Assembly: GCA_000004985.1 (NCBI GenBank)
Contig: GG739555.1
DNA: 1,110 nucleotides
Reading direction: 5' to 3' (one strand)
From: Naegleria gruberi
Taxonomy: Eukaryota
Position 1 is the stretch's first letter; every line of letters begins with the position of its first letter. Below are positions 1 to 1,110 of this stretch, in pieces. Position numbers and translations under genes: made by a program. The notes under the pieces were generated by a model. The model was not told where the DNA came from. It did not search any database and worked only from the letters and a program-made list of their open reading frames with translations.

Positions 1-320
1 GTACTAATTATGATATGGCTTATATTGAAGGTATCTATAGAGTTGAAGAAGGCAGCGATATTCCTTGCATTCACCCAAATCCAAAACCAAAGGGCCATCC
101 AACAATGCTCATTGGTGATTTAAAGTTGAATCAATTCTTCAAATTATTGAAAGAAAGTGGCTTGTCAGCTGAGTTCCAACAAGGAGGTGTTCTTGTTTGC
201 AATGATGAAGTCATGTTGCAAAAGGATAAAAAGTCTGGAGAAATTCAAGTTTTTGGTTCTCTGAGTCCAACCTATTTCCAAGTTAGAGAATTGCTCTACA
301 AGTTCTATTCCGAACTTTAA
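1..320 (+). CDS. Coding segment of a eukaryotic protein-coding gene, 5'-partial in the window and ending at TAA 318..320; product not identified (ATG-to-stop ORF is 15..320, 101 aa)
   Basis: Seen in sequence: the frame is open from base 3 (codons ACT AAT TAT GAT precede ATG15) to TAA at 318-320, so the CDS may continue upstream of the window or start at ATG15. The segment is richer in G+C than the flanking DNA, with diverse non-repetitive amino-acid composition (…IHPNPKPKGHPTMLIGDLKLNQFFKLLKESGLSAEFQQGGVLVCNDEVMLQKDKKSGEIQVFGSLSPTYFQVRELLYKFYSEL*). There is no Shine-Dalgarno motif upstream of ATG15. ATTAAA immediately follows the stop. I do not recognise the family. Confidence 0.7.
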   Translation, partial: TNYDMAYIEGIYRVEEGSDIPCIHPNPKPKGHPTMLIGDLKLNQFFKLLKESGLSAEFQQGGVLVCNDEVMLQKDKKSGEIQVFGSLSPTYFQVRELLYKFYSEL

Positions 321-326
321 ATTAAA
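321..326 (+). promoter_or_regulatory. ATTAAA poly(A)-signal variant abutting the stop codon of the plus-strand gene (TAA ATTAAA)
   Basis: Seen in sequence at 321-326. ATTAAA is the commonest AATAAA variant (established knowledge). If used, the 3'UTR would be very short; TGTAAATAG at 341-349 is an alternative downstream A-rich element. Confidence 0.35.
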
Positions 327-463
327 CTCTTTTATTGCTATGTAAATAGTTGAATGTGTTGTATTCTAAATTTATTTCAAGAAGAAAACAATCAATGCAA
401 GCCTTTCAACACAAGAAAAACTTCATCACAACAACCCTAATGACGGAAATAAGTGGTAGTTTG

Positions 464-559
464 CAAAAAATCGAGGGGTAAAATCAGGTACCACTATCTG
501 AACAGTGGTTTTTATCAAATCCAGACCTGGCTTTTTGAAAAAGTGAGGGGTTGATTTGC
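464..559. repeat. Two imperfect direct repeats, A5-6 N(1-2) GAGGGGT + A/T-rich tail, at 464..485 and 537..559; a partial third copy TGAGGAC at 567..573
   Basis: Seen in sequence: caaaaaaTCGAGGGGTaaaatc versus gaaaaaGTGAGGGGTtgatttgc, with the GAGGGGT heptamers at 473-479 and 545-551, 72 nt apart. G4 runs are unusual in this AT-rich background. Confidence 0.3.
490..513. repeat. Short inverted repeat ACCACT-N8-AGTGGT (6-bp stem, 8-nt loop) followed by T5
   Basis: Seen in sequence: 490-495 ACCACT, loop ATCTGAAC, 504-509 AGTGGT, then TTTT to 513. It overlaps a GGTACC palindrome at 487-492. Confidence 0.3.
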
Positions 560-602
560 AATAAATTGAGGACTTGAATTTTTTACAATCATAACCTAAA
601 CT

Positions 603-608
603 TTTATT
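603..608 (-). promoter_or_regulatory. AATAAA poly(A) signal of the minus-strand gene, 5 nt downstream of TGA
   Basis: Plus-strand TTTATT at 603-608 is AATAAA on the minus strand. Minus-strand context: TGA CTCTT AATAAA AG. Confidence 0.45.
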
Positions 609-613
609 AAGAG

Positions 614-800
614 TCAACTTAGCAGAATGGAATGGTTGGAAAAATGACCAAGACTAAATGAATCAACAAATGAAAATGTGAGGTCTTTGAGGTTAGTAAT
701 TGGCTCTGTGAAAGTGTGAGTAAATTTCCCATCCACATAATTATCCAAAATAGCAAATACAGTATTGTTCTTCTCAATAAAACTTGTGATTATTACACTT
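614..800 (-). CDS. Candidate terminal coding exon of a minus-strand spliced gene (K + 61 codons + TGA at 614..616)
   Basis: Seen in sequence: the minus-strand frame is open for 64 codons (617..808) with stop TGA at 616..614. A TTTTAG acceptor (reverse complement of 801-806) places the exon start at 800. The translation is (K)SVIITSFIEKNNTVFAILDNYVDGKFTHTFTEPITNLKDLTFSFVDSFSLGHFSNHSILLS*. The phase joins exactly with the upstream exon 840..937. AATAAA lies 5 nt past the stop. It is not in the ORF track because it has no in-frame ATG. Confidence 0.5.
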
Positions 801-839
801 CTAAAATATTAGTTGCAATTTAGCCATGAAACCACTTAC
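801..839 (-). other. Candidate 39-nt GT-AG intron (minus strand): GTAAGTGGTTTCATGGCTAAATTGCAACTAATATTTTAG
   Basis: Seen in sequence: perfect donor AAA|GTAAGT and acceptor TTTTAG|A. Removing it joins the open frames 840..937 and 617..800 in phase (AA + A gives AAA, Lys). Without splicing the frame hits TAA immediately. Confidence 0.45.
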
Positions 840-937
840 TTTCCACTGCTAGTAAAAGCATATTGAGATTGATTTAAGTGAAAAATCCATTGATTTGACA
901 CTAGCAATGTTCCCTGAAACAGTCTTGACCACCAAAT
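840..937 (-). CDS. Candidate internal coding exon (98 nt, phase 0 start, phase 2 end) of the minus-strand gene
   Basis: Seen in sequence: preceded by CCCTTTCAG acceptor (intron ends at 938) and followed by the GTAAGT donor. Only one of three frames is open (IWWSRLFQGTLLVSNQWIFHLNQSQYAFTSSG + AA). That frame is the one compatible with both neighbouring exons. Confidence 0.45.
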
Positions 938-1037
938 CTGAAAGGGATGTATTAATACGGAAATCCTAAAGATATCAATAAATTAATTAATTTAAATACT
1001 TACATGATTCTTATCGATTAGTCGTAGAATTAAATAC
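938..1037 (-). other. Candidate 100-nt GT-AG intron (minus strand): GTATTTAATT…ATCCCTTTCAG
   Basis: Seen in sequence: donor AAG|GTATTT (GT is the complement of 1037-1036) and polypyrimidine-CAG acceptor (CAG is the complement of 940-938). The interior is AT-rich and contains a 16-bp AT palindrome. Confidence 0.4.
979..994. repeat. 16-bp perfect AT palindrome TAAATTAATTAATTTA inside the candidate 100-nt intron
   Basis: Seen in sequence: it is its own reverse complement. Low-complexity AT context. Confidence 0.3.
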
Positions 1038-1110
1038 CTTTGCCATTTTGCCAAAGTTGAGCACATATTTCAACAGAGCATCTTTAGTTTTACATAATAA
1101 ATGATCTTTG
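1038..1110 (-). CDS. Candidate upstream coding exon of the minus-strand gene, open to the window edge; alternatively only ATG GCA AAG (1046..1038) is coding, with ATG in an AAAATGG context
   Basis: Seen in sequence: minus-strand frame …KDHLLCKTKDALLKYVLNFGKMAK is the only open frame of three and ends in phase 0 exactly at the AAG|GT donor, matching the phase-0 start of exon 840..937. An in-frame ATG at 1046..1044 has A at -3 and G at +4. Confidence 0.33.

Noticed and set aside
27-40. GAAG|GTATCTATAG|AG as a tiny intron inside the plus-strand ORF
   Set aside because: The GT…AG span is only 12 nt, far below any spliceosomal intron minimum. The ORF reads straight through in frame, so it is treated as coding sequence.
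200-320. Naming the plus-strand product (for example as a C-terminal domain of an RNA 3'-end processing endonuclease)
   Set aside because: It rests only on a vague remembered pattern (…L-x-x-G…V-x-V…RELLYKFY). I cannot verify any alignment without a search, so no product name or gene symbol is given.
490-513. Hairpin + T-run as a bacterial rho-independent terminator
   Set aside because: The rest of the window is eukaryotic (GT-AG introns, AATAAA/ATTAAA signals, no Shine-Dalgarno sites). The stem is only 6 bp and AT-poor, and no upstream bacterial gene ends here.
426-617. Minus-strand 63-aa ORF from the six-frame track as a real gene
   Set aside because: It uses TTG as start and lies in a 3'UTR/intergenic interval between two convergent eukaryotic genes. 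Its composition is low-complexity and it has no ribosome-binding site. It overlaps the stop and poly(A) signal of the better-supported minus-strand model.
770-775. Alternative acceptor TTTTATTGAG|AAG (exon starting at 772) for the last minus-strand exon
   Set aside because: This GAG acceptor would only be in phase with a phase-0 end of exon 2. The GTAAGT donor actually sits one base earlier (exon 2 ends in phase 2, AAA|GTAAGT). The TTTTAG acceptor at 801-806 then joins perfectly, so the GAG site is unnecessary and weaker.
979-994. 16-bp AT palindrome as a functional element (origin or protein-binding site)
   Set aside because: It is low-complexity AT sequence inside an AT-rich intron. Such palindromes arise frequently by chance in (AATT)n-like tracts. 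It is noted as a repeat only.
1-1110. CRISPR array, toxin-antitoxin, restriction-modification or other prokaryotic defence/accessory system
   Set aside because: There is no repeat-spacer periodicity, no operon-like co-oriented ORFs with ribosome-binding sites, and no cas-like or nuclease-like reading frames. The locus reads as compact eukaryotic nuclear DNA. Nothing in the sequence supports an undescribed defence system.

Overview
This AT-rich window (about two-thirds A+T) reads as eukaryotic nuclear DNA, not a prokaryotic locus. It appears to hold the 3' ends of two convergent protein-coding genes. (1) Plus strand: a coding segment is open from the window edge to a TAA at 318..320 (the ATG-to-stop ORF is 15..320, 101 aa). 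Its GC content is higher than the flanks, and an ATTAAA hexamer follows the stop directly. I could not identify the product. (2) Minus strand: a candidate spliced gene missed by the bacterial-style ORF track. Three open segments are 1038..1110 (open to the window edge), 840..937 and 617..800. They are joined by canonical GT-AG introns: AAG|GTATTT...CCCTTTCAG, 100 nt at 938..1037, and AAA|GTAAGT...ATATTTTAG, 39 nt at 801..839. The reading phases match exactly across both junctions. The ORF ends at TGA 614..616, and an AATAAA lies 5 nt downstream on the minus strand. TTTCAG and TTTTAG acceptors, a 39-nt intron and stop-adjacent poly(A) hexamers resemble a compact nematode-like genome more than a plant one; this is inference only. 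Between the stops lie two GAGGGGT-containing imperfect direct repeats and a short hairpin followed by a T-run. I see no CRISPR array, defence-system architecture or mobile-element termini. The listed minus ORF 426..617 starts at TTG and sits in the putative 3'UTR/intergenic zone, so it is probably spurious. Every gene-model statement is read from the sequence by eye and needs RNA-seq or homology confirmation.
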